From positions 1 through 64,000 of the forward strand of contig JAINCQ010000040.1 of assembly GCA_036574205.1 (NCBI GenBank): a DNA stretch of 64,000 bases. The letters are read 5' to 3'. The position numbers and the translations under genes are program-made. Within the stretch, counting starts at the first letter, position 1; each line of letters opens with the position of its first letter. The notes beneath the pieces were generated by a model. That model worked only from the letters and a program-made list of their open reading frames with translations, had not been told where the DNA came from and did no database searches. Below are positions 48,846 to 59,000 of this stretch, piece by piece. This stretch comes from Elusimicrobiota bacterium. Its GTDB lineage: Bacteria; Elusimicrobiota; Elusimicrobia; Elusimicrobiales; UBA9959.

Positions 48846-49672
48846 AAAATATTTTTAAATTTAAGAAAATCACTAAATTTTTTAATAAAGTATGAACTTA
48901 TTAGAGAAAATCCAAAAAGGCAAATAATTGTAGCACCTGTAGGAGTATCCAGTTTAACTGACAGAAAAATTCCAGCTGACATTATTAACAATCCTGAAAT
49001 CCAGGAAAATATTACTCTTTGTTTTATCGTTGAAAAGAATATAATAGACATAGCAGCTGGTATTATTAAAAAATTGAAAACAAGAAAAACTCCTGCAACT
49101 TCAACTGAACTTGTTACCACCATTCCAAACAAAACATAGAATAAAAAATCCCAGAAACGAATATTTAAGGATTTTTCGGCTTTTTGTGGCTCAAAAGAAA
49201 TCATTATAAACTTTTCTCTGAAGATATAGTGCAGTATACCTATGAAAGAATAAAGAAGGGCAGTTTTAATTATCTGGGGCCAGGAAACAAAAAGTATGTT
49301 TCCTACCAGCATCTCCTTTAAATGTTCAGCCTCTTTTGGCATTCTATCAAGCAATAAAACACTTAAAGCTGCGCTAACTACATATACTATTCCTATTATT
49401 GCCTCCTGTGGAATTTCCTTTATCTTTTTAGCTCTGGAAAAAGAAAAAATAAATGCCCCAATAAGAGTAAAGGAAAAAGATGTGATATATGAACCTAAAC
49501 TGTGAAGCTGAAAACCCAATAGTATCCCAAATATAGCTCCACATGCAGCAAGCTGTGCTAAAGCTAAATCAACAAATATAACACTCCTTTTAAGTATATG
49601 AAGACCTAAGTAAGAATGTATACCTATAAGTATAGTTGAAATAACAAAAGCTGGTAGAATTATTTCAATCAT
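48794..49672 (-). CDS. Metal ABC transporter permease (ZnuB/MntB family)
   Basis: LGLHILKRSVIFVDLALAQ, EAIIGIVY, GVFLVF..LIIPA, PTGATII; start moved to ATG 49672 after SD GGAGG. Confidence 0.9.
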   Translation of the reverse strand: MIEIILPAFVISTILIGIHSYLGLHILKRSVIFVDLALAQLAACGAIFGILLGFQLHSLGSYITSFSFTLIGAFIFSFSRAKKIKEIPQEAIIGIVYVVSAALSVLLLDRMPKEAEHLKEMLVGNILFVSWPQIIKTALLYSFIGILHYIFREKFIMISFEPQKAEKSLNIRFWDFLFYVLFGMVVTSSVEVAGVFLVFNFLIIPAAMSIIFFSTIKQRVIFSWISGLLIMSAGIFLSVKLDTPTGATIICLFGFSLISSYFIKKFSDFLKFKNIFAKYQKHIGQFYKNSQP

Positions 49673-49699
49673 AAAACCTCCATTTATAAAAAATAACAA

Positions 49700-50587
49700 T
49701 TACCTGTTTTGCAAAATCCTTTCTATTATTGTGTCAAAAAGCGATATGTAATCAGCTGTTTCTTTTTCTCCGCCAACTGAAGAAGGTAAAACTATCACCT
49801 TTGCCGATGTTTTTTTAGCTATTTCAGTAGCAGCTTTAAGAGGGTAAAAATTATCAACTAAGATAATATTTACATTCTCTTTTTTGATAAGCTCTATTAA
49901 ATATAAGATATGATTTGCATTGGGAGGCATTCCAGGTTTTGGTTCTATATTGGCAACAAGATCAAGATTAAAAGCCTTAGCAAAATAAACCCAGGAATTA
50001 TGATATGTTATTATTTTTCTATTTTTAAGTACCTTCATTTTTTCTTTCCATTCATTTATTTTAAAATCCAGCTTATTACAAAACTCAATGTAATTTTTTT
50101 CAAAATATTCTTTTCTTTCAGGTTTAATAGCTAAAAGAGCATTTTTTATATTTTTAGCTATTATCTTTCCATTTTCAGGATCAAGCCAATAATGAGGATT
50201 GCCAAATATGTGTATATCACCCATTGAACCATCTATACGATGTTGGGGCTTTTGCAGTATTTCAATTCCAACAGAAGCATCAACATAACCTTCTCTTCCA
50301 TAAAACAATTTTTTATTTCTTGCCGCATTTATAAGAGAATCAAGCCACATATCAAAATCAAGCCCTATCTTAACTACCATATCTGCTTTTTTCAGTTTAA
50401 ATACCATGCTCGGTCTTGGCTCTATCATATGTAAGTCAAAATTTCCAGAAGTAAGCGATTCAACATCAACTTCATCTTTTCCAACAAACTCTGCAATACT
50501 TTTTAAGTCCCAAGATGAAGTTACAATCTTTATCTTAGCTAAAAGAGGTGAATAAAAAAGAAATAAAATTAAAAAAAGATTTCTCAT
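49700..50587 (-). CDS. Metal ABC transporter substrate-binding protein (ZnuA/TroA family)
   Basis: DLHMIEPRPS, GDIH..GNPHYWLDP, YHNSW.YF, EPKPG.PP. Confidence 0.92.
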   Translation of the reverse strand: MRNLFLILFLFYSPLLAKIKIVTSSWDLKSIAEFVGKDEVDVESLTSGNFDLHMIEPRPSMVFKLKKADMVVKIGLDFDMWLDSLINAARNKKLFYGREGYVDASVGIEILQKPQHRIDGSMGDIHIFGNPHYWLDPENGKIIAKNIKNALLAIKPERKEYFEKNYIEFCNKLDFKINEWKEKMKVLKNRKIITYHNSWVYFAKAFNLDLVANIEPKPGMPPNANHILYLIELIKKENVNIILVDNFYPLKAATEIAKKTSAKVIVLPSSVGGEKETADYISLFDTIIERILQNR

Positions 50588-50625
50588 ATAAACTCCTTTT
50601 AAATTTAAAATATGCTGTTTTATGA

Positions 50626-50642
50626 CCAGGGAGTTGCCCTGG
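50626..50642. other. Intergenic GC-rich hairpin within the metal-uptake operon
   Basis: CCAGGG-agttg-CCCTGG; no clear U-tract on the coding (minus) strand. Confidence 0.4.
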
Positions 50643-50652
50643 CTATAAATAT

Positions 50653-51768
50653 TTACTCAAGCTCATGGCTATGAGGACCTATGCCAAAAGAAAGTTGAAT
50701 CCATGCCTCAGTAACTTTTTTCCCATTAATATTCCTATGTTTTCCAGTTAAACGCCAGAATGAAGTTTCAGTAAGATGCCCTGTGATTATGGCTGAAAAA
50801 GCTCTTTCGTATGAAATATCTGGAAATGCATTTTCCGAGTAATCAAATCTCAAGCCATAATCAAAGTATTTATTGGCTCTGTAGTTTATAAAAGAATAAA
50901 AACCATCTCTATTAATTTTTCCAGTAGGTACCTCTCTTCTAAGGTGCAGCCATTCATTTTGAAATGTTAGTTTTTTATAACTGGATGGAAACCATTTAAA
51001 TGTAATATCCAAGCCAACTATCTCAACATTGTCGTTAAAACGCATATTTTCTTCAGGATGCTTATAGTGAGGTCCTCTACCTTTAAGTCCACTAAAACCA
51101 ACTTCAAGTTCTTTCTGACTTCCTATCTCAAATGAAGAATTCCATCTAGCAGTATAGACCTTATCAGCTGGAGAAAAAGAAGAATCATGATGATCTTCCT
51201 CATCATGATGATGGGCGTTTATTTTCCAGAATCCTGCTTGAAGTTGACTGTAGAAAGGCAGTACAGGAATTAAATATTTAAGTGTCATTCCCTGCCCTCC
51301 AAGCTCATGCTCACCTAAAAATTTCTCTAAAACAAAAGGTCTGTCAGTTGTTGGAAGATGATGAGTATGAAGTTTGTTTAACTTTCCAAAATCGATATGT
51401 ACTTTTCCTATTTCTGCTGAAAAACCATATCCAAGATTTAAAAAACTTGCTTTTGCCTCGCATATCTCAGTTTCATACTCATCACCATGTTTATGAATGG
51501 CAAGTATAATGTCAGCTCTCATTTCAGGATAAATATATCCTTGAAATGCAGTTTCAACTTCATTGATATAAAGATCATTTCTACCTTCATCTTTTTTATC
51601 ATCGCTTGTATAGCCAACTATGTTAACCAGAGCACTTACATCTGGAAGATTTATAGGCTTGCCTCTCATCCCTTGAGGAGGCGTTCCCTGGCTAAAATTA
51701 GAAATGTCTGCCGATTTAACATATTGAGATAAGAATAACATAACAAATACAAAAAACATTTTTTTCAT
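50653..51768 (-). CDS. Putative outer-membrane beta-barrel for metal uptake, with His-rich loop
   Basis: Signal peptide; alternating beta-strand pattern; FGKLNKLHTH, HHHDEEDHH, C-terminal GPHSH; upstream of SBP and permease. Confidence 0.7.
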   Translation of the reverse strand: MKKMFFVFVMLFLSQYVKSADISNFSQGTPPQGMRGKPINLPDVSALVNIVGYTSDDKKDEGRNDLYINEVETAFQGYIYPEMRADIILAIHKHGDEYETEICEAKASFLNLGYGFSAEIGKVHIDFGKLNKLHTHHLPTTDRPFVLEKFLGEHELGGQGMTLKYLIPVLPFYSQLQAGFWKINAHHHDEEDHHDSSFSPADKVYTARWNSSFEIGSQKELEVGFSGLKGRGPHYKHPEENMRFNDNVEIVGLDITFKWFPSSYKKLTFQNEWLHLRREVPTGKINRDGFYSFINYRANKYFDYGLRFDYSENAFPDISYERAFSAIITGHLTETSFWRLTGKHRNINGKKVTEAWIQLSFGIGPHSHELE

Positions 51769-51832
51769 ATAACCTCCTTAACATTTAAATAACCTTAAAT
51801 TCAAAGACACAAAAGATATAGATATATATAAC

Positions 51833-52129
51833 TCAGCAAGGATTTTTTAACAGAATTGGAGGTGAGCGTATTAATGTTTTATAGAAAAAATTTTCGACTA
51901 ATATGTTTTCAAAAGATAGTTGAATAGTTAAAATAAAACCTTCAGGTTTATTAATAAGCTTATTCCCAAAATCTGAATTAACTTGAGGCGAAGTTATAGA
52001 GATACAAACAGCACATTCACCATCTTCATGTGTATGCCCTTTTTCATTTATATGCAATGGCCATACTATAAGAAGAATCAAAGATATAATGAGATTGAGT
52101 AAAAAAGCAAATTTATTTTTTTTACTCAT
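51833..52129 (-). CDS. Small DUF2946/CruR-like leader protein (TM, HxH..CxxC, C-terminal RSPP)
   Basis: Hydrophobic N-terminal helix, GHTHEDGECAVC, LIRSPP near the C-terminus; first gene of the metal operon. Confidence 0.65.
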   Translation of the reverse strand: MSKKNKFAFLLNLIISLILLIVWPLHINEKGHTHEDGECAVCISITSPQVNSDFGNKLINKPEGFILTIQLSFENILVENFFYKTLIRSPPILLKNPC

Positions 52130-52207
52130 AGCAAAATTTTACAAATTTATACTTTTTAAATCAAATCACTTTTTTTAAATTTGCTATAATTAAATTTGGA
52201 GATAACT

Positions 52208-52840
52208 ATGAAGATAGTGAGAGAAGCGTATTTAGTTGTATTATTAAGTTTAACAGGTCTTTGTTTTTCATTATATGCCATCAGATTCTCAAAGCTTTCA
52301 TATATACTTGTATTTTTATTTTTAACTACTTTAGTGTTTTCTTTGTATTTTTTCAGAGATCCTAAGCGCAATATTCAATTTAGTGAAGATGAAATAGCAT
52401 CTCCTGCAGATGGAACTATCATTTCAATAAGCAATGAAAACTTTAGTGATATTCTTGTTGTAAGAATTTTCTTATCAGTGTTTGATGTTCATCTGCAAAG
52501 AACCCCTATAAATGGAAAAGTAAAAGATATAACATTTACCCCAGGAAAATTTCATATAGCATATAAGCCCCAGGCAAAGGATAACCAAAGAAACATAATA
52601 AAAATAGAAGGAGAAAACAATAAATGGGCATGGGTTGAACAGATAACTGGCGCAATAGCCAGAAGAATAGTATCATATGTTAAGGTTGGAGACTATGTAA
52701 AAACTGGTGATAAGATAGGAATGATTTATTTCGGTTCGCAGGTTGCATTATATCTGCCAAAGGATGTTGAATTAAAAGTCTCAGTGGGAGATAAGGTAAA
52801 AGCCGGGGAAACATTGCTGGGTTTATGGAAGAAGAATTAA
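52208..52840 (+). CDS. psd: Phosphatidylserine decarboxylase proenzyme
   Basis: FFRDP, SPADG, IFLSVFDVH, ARRI, FGSQV cleavage site; SD GGAG before ATG 52208. Confidence 0.95.
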   Translation: MKIVREAYLVVLLSLTGLCFSLYAIRFSKLSYILVFLFLTTLVFSLYFFRDPKRNIQFSEDEIASPADGTIISISNENFSDILVVRIFLSVFDVHLQRTPINGKVKDITFTPGKFHIAYKPQAKDNQRNIIKIEGENNKWAWVEQITGAIARRIVSYVKVGDYVKTGDKIGMIYFGSQVALYLPKDVELKVSVGDKVKAGETLLGLWKKN

Positions 52841-53625
52841 ATAAAACTTCATCTATAAAAATAAAAACTAAAAACGCAATTCCATCTATATTTACTCTTT
52901 CCAATATGGCATTCGGGATGATGGCTATTTTAAGCATATCGAGAGAGGAGTATATAACAGCATGTTATTTTATAATAGGCTCATACATTATGGATATACT
53001 TGATGGAAGAGTGGCAAGATTTATAGGCGCGGAGACAGAAATAGGAATTGAACTTGATTCATTTTCTGACTGGTTATCCTTTGGTATAGCACCAGCTTAT
53101 ATGATATATGAATTTGCGCTTAAAGAATATGGTATTGTCGCCTATCCCGTAGTCCTTATATATGTTATATGTGGCGCATTAAGGCTTGTCAGATTCAATC
53201 TTAAATCACTATCAGGAGAAAGCTCAAAAACTTTTTTTCAAGGGCTACCAATACCAGCTGCAGCAGGTGTGATAGTATTTTTCGTTTTATCTTATTCAAT
53301 AATAGAAAGCGATTTACCTTCAAAAACAATATCTCTTTTAAACAAACACATGCCACTGCTTTATACTATATTCCCATTTATAATGATAATTATATCTCTT
53401 TTGATGATATCATCAGTACCATATGTTGCGCTAAAATCAGGGAAAAACTTTAAAGTAAAATCTCCATTGGGTTTATTAGCAACAGTTTCTGTTATCTTTC
53501 TTTTTATTTTTTACCCGCAAAATGCTTTATTAATATTCTTTTTCTTATACGCCATATCTGGCATAATATATTTCTTTTATAGATTATTTTTCTCAAAAAA
53601 TACCGGAAACACTGAAAATAAATAA
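52825..53625 (+). CDS. pssA: CDP-diacylglycerol--serine O-phosphatidyltransferase
   Basis: DILDGRVAR..G.ELDSFSD motif, ALRLVRFN, FQGLPIP; downstream of psd. Confidence 0.95.
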   Translation: MEEELNKTSSIKIKTKNAIPSIFTLSNMAFGMMAILSISREEYITACYFIIGSYIMDILDGRVARFIGAETEIGIELDSFSDWLSFGIAPAYMIYEFALKEYGIVAYPVVLIYVICGALRLVRFNLKSLSGESSKTFFQGLPIPAAAGVIVFFVLSYSIIESDLPSKTISLLNKHMPLLYTIFPFIMIIISLLMISSVPYVALKSGKNFKVKSPLGLLATVSVIFLFIFYPQNALLIFFFLYAISGIIYFFYRLFFSKNTGNTENK

Positions 53626-53634
53626 TTTTTTTAA

Positions 53635-55110
53635 CTAACTTTTTTTTGGGAAAAGAGGAGGAATTTTTTCTGATTTTTGTTCGCTACCTCTGGCATCTCC
53701 AATAGCAAGATACATATTCATTCTCGCTGATGTATCAGGCATAAACGGATAAATCCATCTTGAAATAAGTCTCAGACACCATACTGTTTCATTAAGAAAC
53801 TTTCTTAAGCCCTCAAGATTATCCTTAGCCATATCCCATGGCTTTTTATCTCCAATCTCCCTATTTACTATAGCGATTGCCTTCCATATATTATCAAGAG
53901 CAACTGAAAATTGAAGAGACTCTATACTTTCGTAAATATCTTTTTGCATATCAAGAAGTCTTGAAAAAAGTTCGGATTCTTCGGGTTTTTCAGGCATAAC
54001 ATTATCAAGATATTTTTTAATCATATTAATAACTCTTGAAAATAAGTTTCCAAGTCCATTAGCGAGATCAGCATTATATCTTACCTTAAGCATTTGTGTT
54101 GAAAAATCTCCATCCTGTCCAAAAGGGACTTCCCTGAATATAAAATATCTGAAAACATCCACACCATACTCCTGAACTATATCTATAGGATTTATTATAT
54201 TCCCTCTTGACTTAGACATCTTTTCACCCTCTACAGTCCACCATCCATGCGAATAAACTTTTTTAGGAAGTGGAAGTCCTAAAGACATCAGCATAGCAGG
54301 CCATATTACACAATGAAACCTTGATATTTCTTTGCCTATAAGATGGACATCGCATGGCCATAAACTTTTAAATACCTCATTGTTTTCATCTTCCGCTCTG
54401 TATCCCGCTCCAGTTATATAATTAAGCAAAGCATCAAACCAAACGTAAATTGTATGGCGACTATCACTTAAAACAGGTATTCCCCATTTAACCCTGGTTC
54501 TTGAAACAGATATATCCTTTAATCCACTTTCCACAAACCTTAATATCTCAGGCGCTCTAAACGACGGGGATAAAAACTCTGGATTTTTATTATAATATTC
54601 AAGAAGTCTTTCCTGATATTTTGAAAGTTTAAAAAAATAAGTTTCTTCATTGACTTTTTCAACCGGTTTTTTATGTATAGGGCACATACCGTTAATAAGT
54701 TCAGATTCATCATAAAAGTTTTCACATGAACTACAATAAAGCCCATCATATTCACCTTTATATATATCCCCGTTTGCTATCATCTTCTCAAATATAACCT
54801 GAACCTGTCTAACATGATTGTCATCAGTAGTTCTTATAAAATAATCATATTCTATATGAAGGCTGTGCCACATATCTTTAAATTCGCCAACTATGATATC
54901 AGCCCATTCCTTTGGCGATTTTAAATTTTCCCTTGCAACTCTCTCTATATTTATCCCATGTTCATCCGTACCAGTTTGAAGGTAAACCTCTTTGCCTGTG
55001 GCTTTTAAATGTCTTTTAAGCACATCGGCAGCAAGTGTGGTATAGGCATGTCCTATATGCGGCTTTGAATTAACATAATAAAGCGGAGTGGATATATAAT
55101 ATTTTTTCAT
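53635..55110 (-). CDS. metG: Methionine--tRNA ligase (short form)
   Basis: YYVN..PHIGH, GTDEHG, YVWFDAL, KMSKS; no C-terminal dimerisation domain. Confidence 0.97.
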   Translation of the reverse strand: MKKYYISTPLYYVNSKPHIGHAYTTLAADVLKRHLKATGKEVYLQTGTDEHGINIERVARENLKSPKEWADIIVGEFKDMWHSLHIEYDYFIRTTDDNHVRQVQVIFEKMIANGDIYKGEYDGLYCSSCENFYDESELINGMCPIHKKPVEKVNEETYFFKLSKYQERLLEYYNKNPEFLSPSFRAPEILRFVESGLKDISVSRTRVKWGIPVLSDSRHTIYVWFDALLNYITGAGYRAEDENNEVFKSLWPCDVHLIGKEISRFHCVIWPAMLMSLGLPLPKKVYSHGWWTVEGEKMSKSRGNIINPIDIVQEYGVDVFRYFIFREVPFGQDGDFSTQMLKVRYNADLANGLGNLFSRVINMIKKYLDNVMPEKPEESELFSRLLDMQKDIYESIESLQFSVALDNIWKAIAIVNREIGDKKPWDMAKDNLEGLRKFLNETVWCLRLISRWIYPFMPDTSARMNMYLAIGDARGSEQKSEKIPPLFPKKS

Positions 55111-56090
55111 AAAACAACTCCCTTAATAAAATAGTTAAAATTTTTGAGAAATTTGTAAATAACAACCGTTAATATAATCTTTGTGTTTACGTTTCTTTTA
55201 ATATACTCTTTATATTTAAAATTTTCTCTCAAAAGCTCAAGAATCTGTTCCATCCCTGCATTCCCCTCTCCAATTTTAAGATATAAATAAGCATTTATAA
55301 AATTAATAACAAGATTTGCAAATTCTCTGAAATCCCCTCTTTTTGAAAGCTTTGAAACAATTAAAAAAGGGGATAAAGAGCGGTAAATAGAAACTTCACT
55401 AAAAATACTTAATATTTCATCATATTTTAAAGCAATAGAAACCGAACCTTCGCTTAACTTAGCTAATAACTCAGCTCTTTTAAACTCGTAATTTTTAGAT
55501 ATAAGGATATCCATCACATCCTGCTCTCTCAATTTTTTAAACATTATTTTATAGCATCTGGAAAGAACAGTTGGAAGTAGTAAATTTGGATTTGATGAAA
55601 CAAGCAATATAACAGTATTTTGCGGTGGTTCCTCAAGAGTTTTAAGCATAGAATTCTGGGCATCAATAGTCATCTTATCAGCCGTATCTATAATTATAAC
55701 CTTCCTTTGACAAAAGGAAGGGCTTAAATTTGAAAACTTTATAACCTCACGCAATGTATCTATCTTTAAACTTTTTTGATCCTCAATTTTCTCATTCAAA
55801 AGCGCAGCCTGATATCCCATATTAACAAGCAAAAAGTCTGGATGAATACCTTTATCAAACATATTTTCGCATTCTGATTTTTTATCCTCATCGGCTATTG
55901 CGCCAAACAAATTAGAATCTCCGCCGCAATATTTTAAAAGTATCTCTCTGGCAAACTCTTTTGCGACCATAAGTTTCCCAATCCCATCTTTGCCGTAAAA
56001 AATGATAGTTGAGGGAATTTCACCCAAATCAATCATTTGTTTTAGTTTTTCAATAATGTTTCTATGACCCTTTATAAATTCAAAAGACAT
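55107..56090 (-). CDS. holB: DNA polymerase III subunit delta'
   Basis: GKDGIGK, HPDF, KVIII..ADKMT..AQNSMLKTLEEP, LLPTVLSRC; follows tmk. Confidence 0.92.
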   Translation of the reverse strand: MSFEFIKGHRNIIEKLKQMIDLGEIPSTIIFYGKDGIGKLMVAKEFAREILLKYCGGDSNLFGAIADEDKKSECENMFDKGIHPDFLLVNMGYQAALLNEKIEDQKSLKIDTLREVIKFSNLSPSFCQRKVIIIDTADKMTIDAQNSMLKTLEEPPQNTVILLVSSNPNLLLPTVLSRCYKIMFKKLREQDVMDILISKNYEFKRAELLAKLSEGSVSIALKYDEILSIFSEVSIYRSLSPFLIVSKLSKRGDFREFANLVINFINAYLYLKIGEGNAGMEQILELLRENFKYKEYIKRNVNTKIILTVVIYKFLKNFNYFIKGVVL

Positions 56091-56719
56091 TTTACCTTCT
56101 TCAAAACAACCTTTCCAATATACTCACTTATCTTGTGTATTGGCTTTGACGCATCAATAAGTACAATATCTCTGGTTTTACTGAAAATTTTAGAATAACC
56201 CATATTAACCCTTCTTCTAAAATCCTCATCTTCCTGTTCAATCCTATCGTTATCCCCTCTATTTCTTTTTTCATATTCTTCATCCGATATCTTAAAACCT
56301 ACAATAATATCAGGTTTAAGGCCTAAAGTTGCTATATCGTTTAAATCTTTAACCAATTTCAATTCTATCTTCCTTCCATACCCCTGATATGCCATAGTAG
56401 CAATAGTAAATCTGTCGCAGATAACTATATACCCCTTGTCAATGGCAGGCTTTATTTTTTCAAAAACATGCTGCGCTCTTGAAGCCTCATAGAGCAAAAG
56501 TTCAGTTAATGGAAATATTTTATTTGAAGGATCCAGCAATATTTCCCGTATTTTTTCCCCTACATCTGTGCCACCAGGTTCTCTTGTCATTAAAACTTTA
56601 AATCCACTTTTTTTTAAAAAATCACACAACAACTTAGCCTGAGTAGTTTTTCCACTTCTATCAGGTCCTTCAAAAAGTATAAATACACCCTTTTTTTTAC
56701 CTCCATTAACTTTTTTCAT
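56072..56719 (-). CDS. tmk: Thymidylate kinase
   Basis: FEGPDRSGKTTQ, TREPGG, CDRF..AYQG, DRIE. Confidence 0.96.
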   Translation of the reverse strand: MKKVNGGKKKGVFILFEGPDRSGKTTQAKLLCDFLKKSGFKVLMTREPGGTDVGEKIREILLDPSNKIFPLTELLLYEASRAQHVFEKIKPAIDKGYIVICDRFTIATMAYQGYGRKIELKLVKDLNDIATLGLKPDIIVGFKISDEEYEKRNRGDNDRIEQEDEDFRRRVNMGYSKIFSKTRDIVLIDASKPIHKISEYIGKVVLKKVKCLLNL

Positions 56720-56777
56720 AGAATAATATTTTATAAAATTTAATTATAATATAAATTAAACTTATCAAGGAGATGAA

Positions 56778-57233
56778 ATGCCAATTGAAAAAACTCTTTT
56801 ACTAATAAAACCGGATGCTGCTAAAAGAAAACTGACAGGACTTATAATAGACAGACTTGAAAACTCAGGTTTTGAAATGGTAGCTGCAAAACTTGTAAAG
56901 GTAAGCGATTCCTTAGCAAGAAAACATTATGAAGCATTAAAAGATCAGCCATTTTTTGAAAACCTCATAAAATACATAAAAGGAGAATTTCATAACATAC
57001 CTAATAATAAAATACTTGCTCTTGTATATAAGGGAGAAAATGTTGTAGCGGAAATGAGAAAGATTGTTGGAAAAACAAACCCGGAAGAAGCCGACCCAAC
57101 TACAATAAGAGGGTCATTTGGAAGGATAACAACAAATGGACAATTTGAAAATGTTATACATGCAAGTGGAAATACTGAAGATGCTGAGAGAGAAATAAAA
57201 TTATGGTTTAAGCCGGAAGAAATAATAGAATGA
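56778..57233 (+). CDS. ndk: Nucleoside diphosphate kinase
   Basis: TLLLIKPDA, HY, GKTNP..A.PTTIRG, NVIHAS. Confidence 0.96.
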   Translation: MPIEKTLLLIKPDAAKRKLTGLIIDRLENSGFEMVAAKLVKVSDSLARKHYEALKDQPFFENLIKYIKGEFHNIPNNKILALVYKGENVVAEMRKIVGKTNPEEADPTTIRGSFGRITTNGQFENVIHASGNTEDAEREIKLWFKPEEIIE

Positions 57234-58099
57234 AAAAAAACATTTTCTTGTGTTTTTTGCTTTTTGTATTTTCATGCTTTTTGTTTTCACAGGAAAGTGT
57301 ATTTCTTGAAACAGATGACGGATGGAAAATACATGCTAAATTTGTAAAACCAAAAAAAGATTTTATCCCAACGCTTTTATTAATACATTCTCAGAAATCA
57401 AATCATACTGAATGGAAGAAGTGGTTTGGGGATATAGAAAAATACGGATTTGGCTGGATGGCATTAGATTTAAGAGGGCATGGAATTTCAACATATAAAA
57501 CTGATGGAAGCACTCAAAGCTATCTGTCCTTTTCTATCTCTGATTTCAGTAATGATTATAATAAAATGATAAGGGATATAGATTCTGCTGTAATATATCT
57601 TTCTTCTATGGGAATAACAGAGGATAAAATAATCCTGGTCGGTTCAAACTTAGGGGCAAATTTAGCTATGAAATATGCTGCAATAAATAAAAATATATAT
57701 GCTGCAGTAGTTATAAACCCTTCTACCAATATAAATGATGTTTTAACAGTTAACCCGGCAAGGCTTTACGGAGAAAGACCTATTTTGTTTGTAACATCAC
57801 AAAATAATAGAAGGAAAATGGGAGAAGGGCTTATACTTTATGAAATAACAAAGAAAAAAACAGGTTTTGAAAATACTTTTTTAATTGTTGAATATGCATT
57901 TAAGTCTGCTGATGATATCTCAAAATCAGGAATATACAAAATTTTAAACTGGATAAAAAATCCAGTTATGCCAAAAATTATAGAGATTGACGATATTTTA
58001 ATATCGTCCCAAACAGTTATTGATACAATTACTGCATCTTCGCCATATATTATATTAAATGATGATGAAGAAAAGGAGAATAAAAAAAAGAATGAATAA
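57230..58099 (+). CDS. Exported alpha/beta-hydrolase-fold protein
   Basis: Signal peptide; LETDDG, DLRGHG.S, elbow LVGSNLGAN. Confidence 0.8.
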   Translation: MKKNIFLCFLLFVFSCFLFSQESVFLETDDGWKIHAKFVKPKKDFIPTLLLIHSQKSNHTEWKKWFGDIEKYGFGWMALDLRGHGISTYKTDGSTQSYLSFSISDFSNDYNKMIRDIDSAVIYLSSMGITEDKIILVGSNLGANLAMKYAAINKNIYAAVVINPSTNINDVLTVNPARLYGERPILFVTSQNNRRKMGEGLILYEITKKKTGFENTFLIVEYAFKSADDISKSGIYKILNWIKNPVMPKIIEIDDILISSQTVIDTITASSPYIILNDDEEKENKKKNE

Positions 58100-59000
58100 A
58101 AAAGAGGATAATTTTTTAATTTATTCCAGACTTCCAACTGAAAAAATAAATAAGAACACGTTTAATATAGATAGAATTGATATTTTAAGTGTTGTGAAAA
58201 AATTAAATGATGAAGATAAAAAAATCCCATTAGCAATTTCAAAAAAGCTAAAAGAAATAGCAAAAGCGGCACAAATCGTTTCTGATGCTTTTTTAAATGG
58301 TAAAAAAACTTTATTTATTGGCGCAGGCACAAGCGGGAGACTTGGAGTTTTAGAGGCGGTAGAATTAGTTCCAACATATGGAGTTAATTCAAACAGATTT
58401 ATACCCATAATAGCTGGTGGGAAAACTGCTATGTTTAAAGCTAAAGAAGGTGCTGAAGATTTATATATAAATGGGAAGAAAGAGATTAAAAAAATCGGCA
58501 AAGAAGGTGATATATTGATAGCTATTGCAGCAAGCGGCATAACCCCATATGTAAGAGGAGCAATAGATCAAGCTAAAGATCAAAAAATGAAAGTTATATT
58601 CATAACCTCAAACACAAAAATAGAAACAAATAAAGCTGATATTACAATAGCAGTAGATGTAGGACCTGAGCCTATAAATGGATCCACACGAATGAAAAGT
58701 GGAACAGCAACCAAGCTTGTTTTAAACATGATTACCACCTCCGCAATGGTATTATCAGGAAAGGTATATCACAACTGGATGGTGGATTTAAAACCAACAA
58801 ATTATAAATTAATTTTAAGAGCCCAGAGAATCTTTTGCGAGATAACTGGCAAGGATATAAAAACAGCAAAAAAAATTTTAAAGGAAACAAATTACGATTT
58901 AAAAACGGCAATTGTTATGGCTGTTAAGGGAATTTCACAAAAAGAAGCCAAAAAACTTATAAATGACAACAACGGTTTTTTAAAGAATATTATTGGATAA
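58092..59000 (+). CDS. murQ: N-acetylmuramic acid 6-phosphate etherase
   Basis: PTE..N, GAGTSGRLGVL, EGAED, AASG.TP, GPE...GSTRMKSGTA.K, MVD...N.KL..RA; start codon uncertain. Confidence 0.95.
   Translation: MNKKEDNFLIYSRLPTEKINKNTFNIDRIDILSVVKKLNDEDKKIPLAISKKLKEIAKAAQIVSDAFLNGKKTLFIGAGTSGRLGVLEAVELVPTYGVNSNRFIPIIAGGKTAMFKAKEGAEDLYINGKKEIKKIGKEGDILIAIAASGITPYVRGAIDQAKDQKMKVIFITSNTKIETNKADITIAVDVGPEPINGSTRMKSGTATKLVLNMITTSAMVLSGKVYHNWMVDLKPTNYKLILRAQRIFCEITGKDIKTAKKILKETNYDLKTAIVMAVKGISQKEAKKLINDNNGFLKNIIG

Noticed and set aside
48273..52129. Integrative island at tRNA-Leu
   Set aside because: No integrase and no duplicated tRNA 3' end (att site) found in the window
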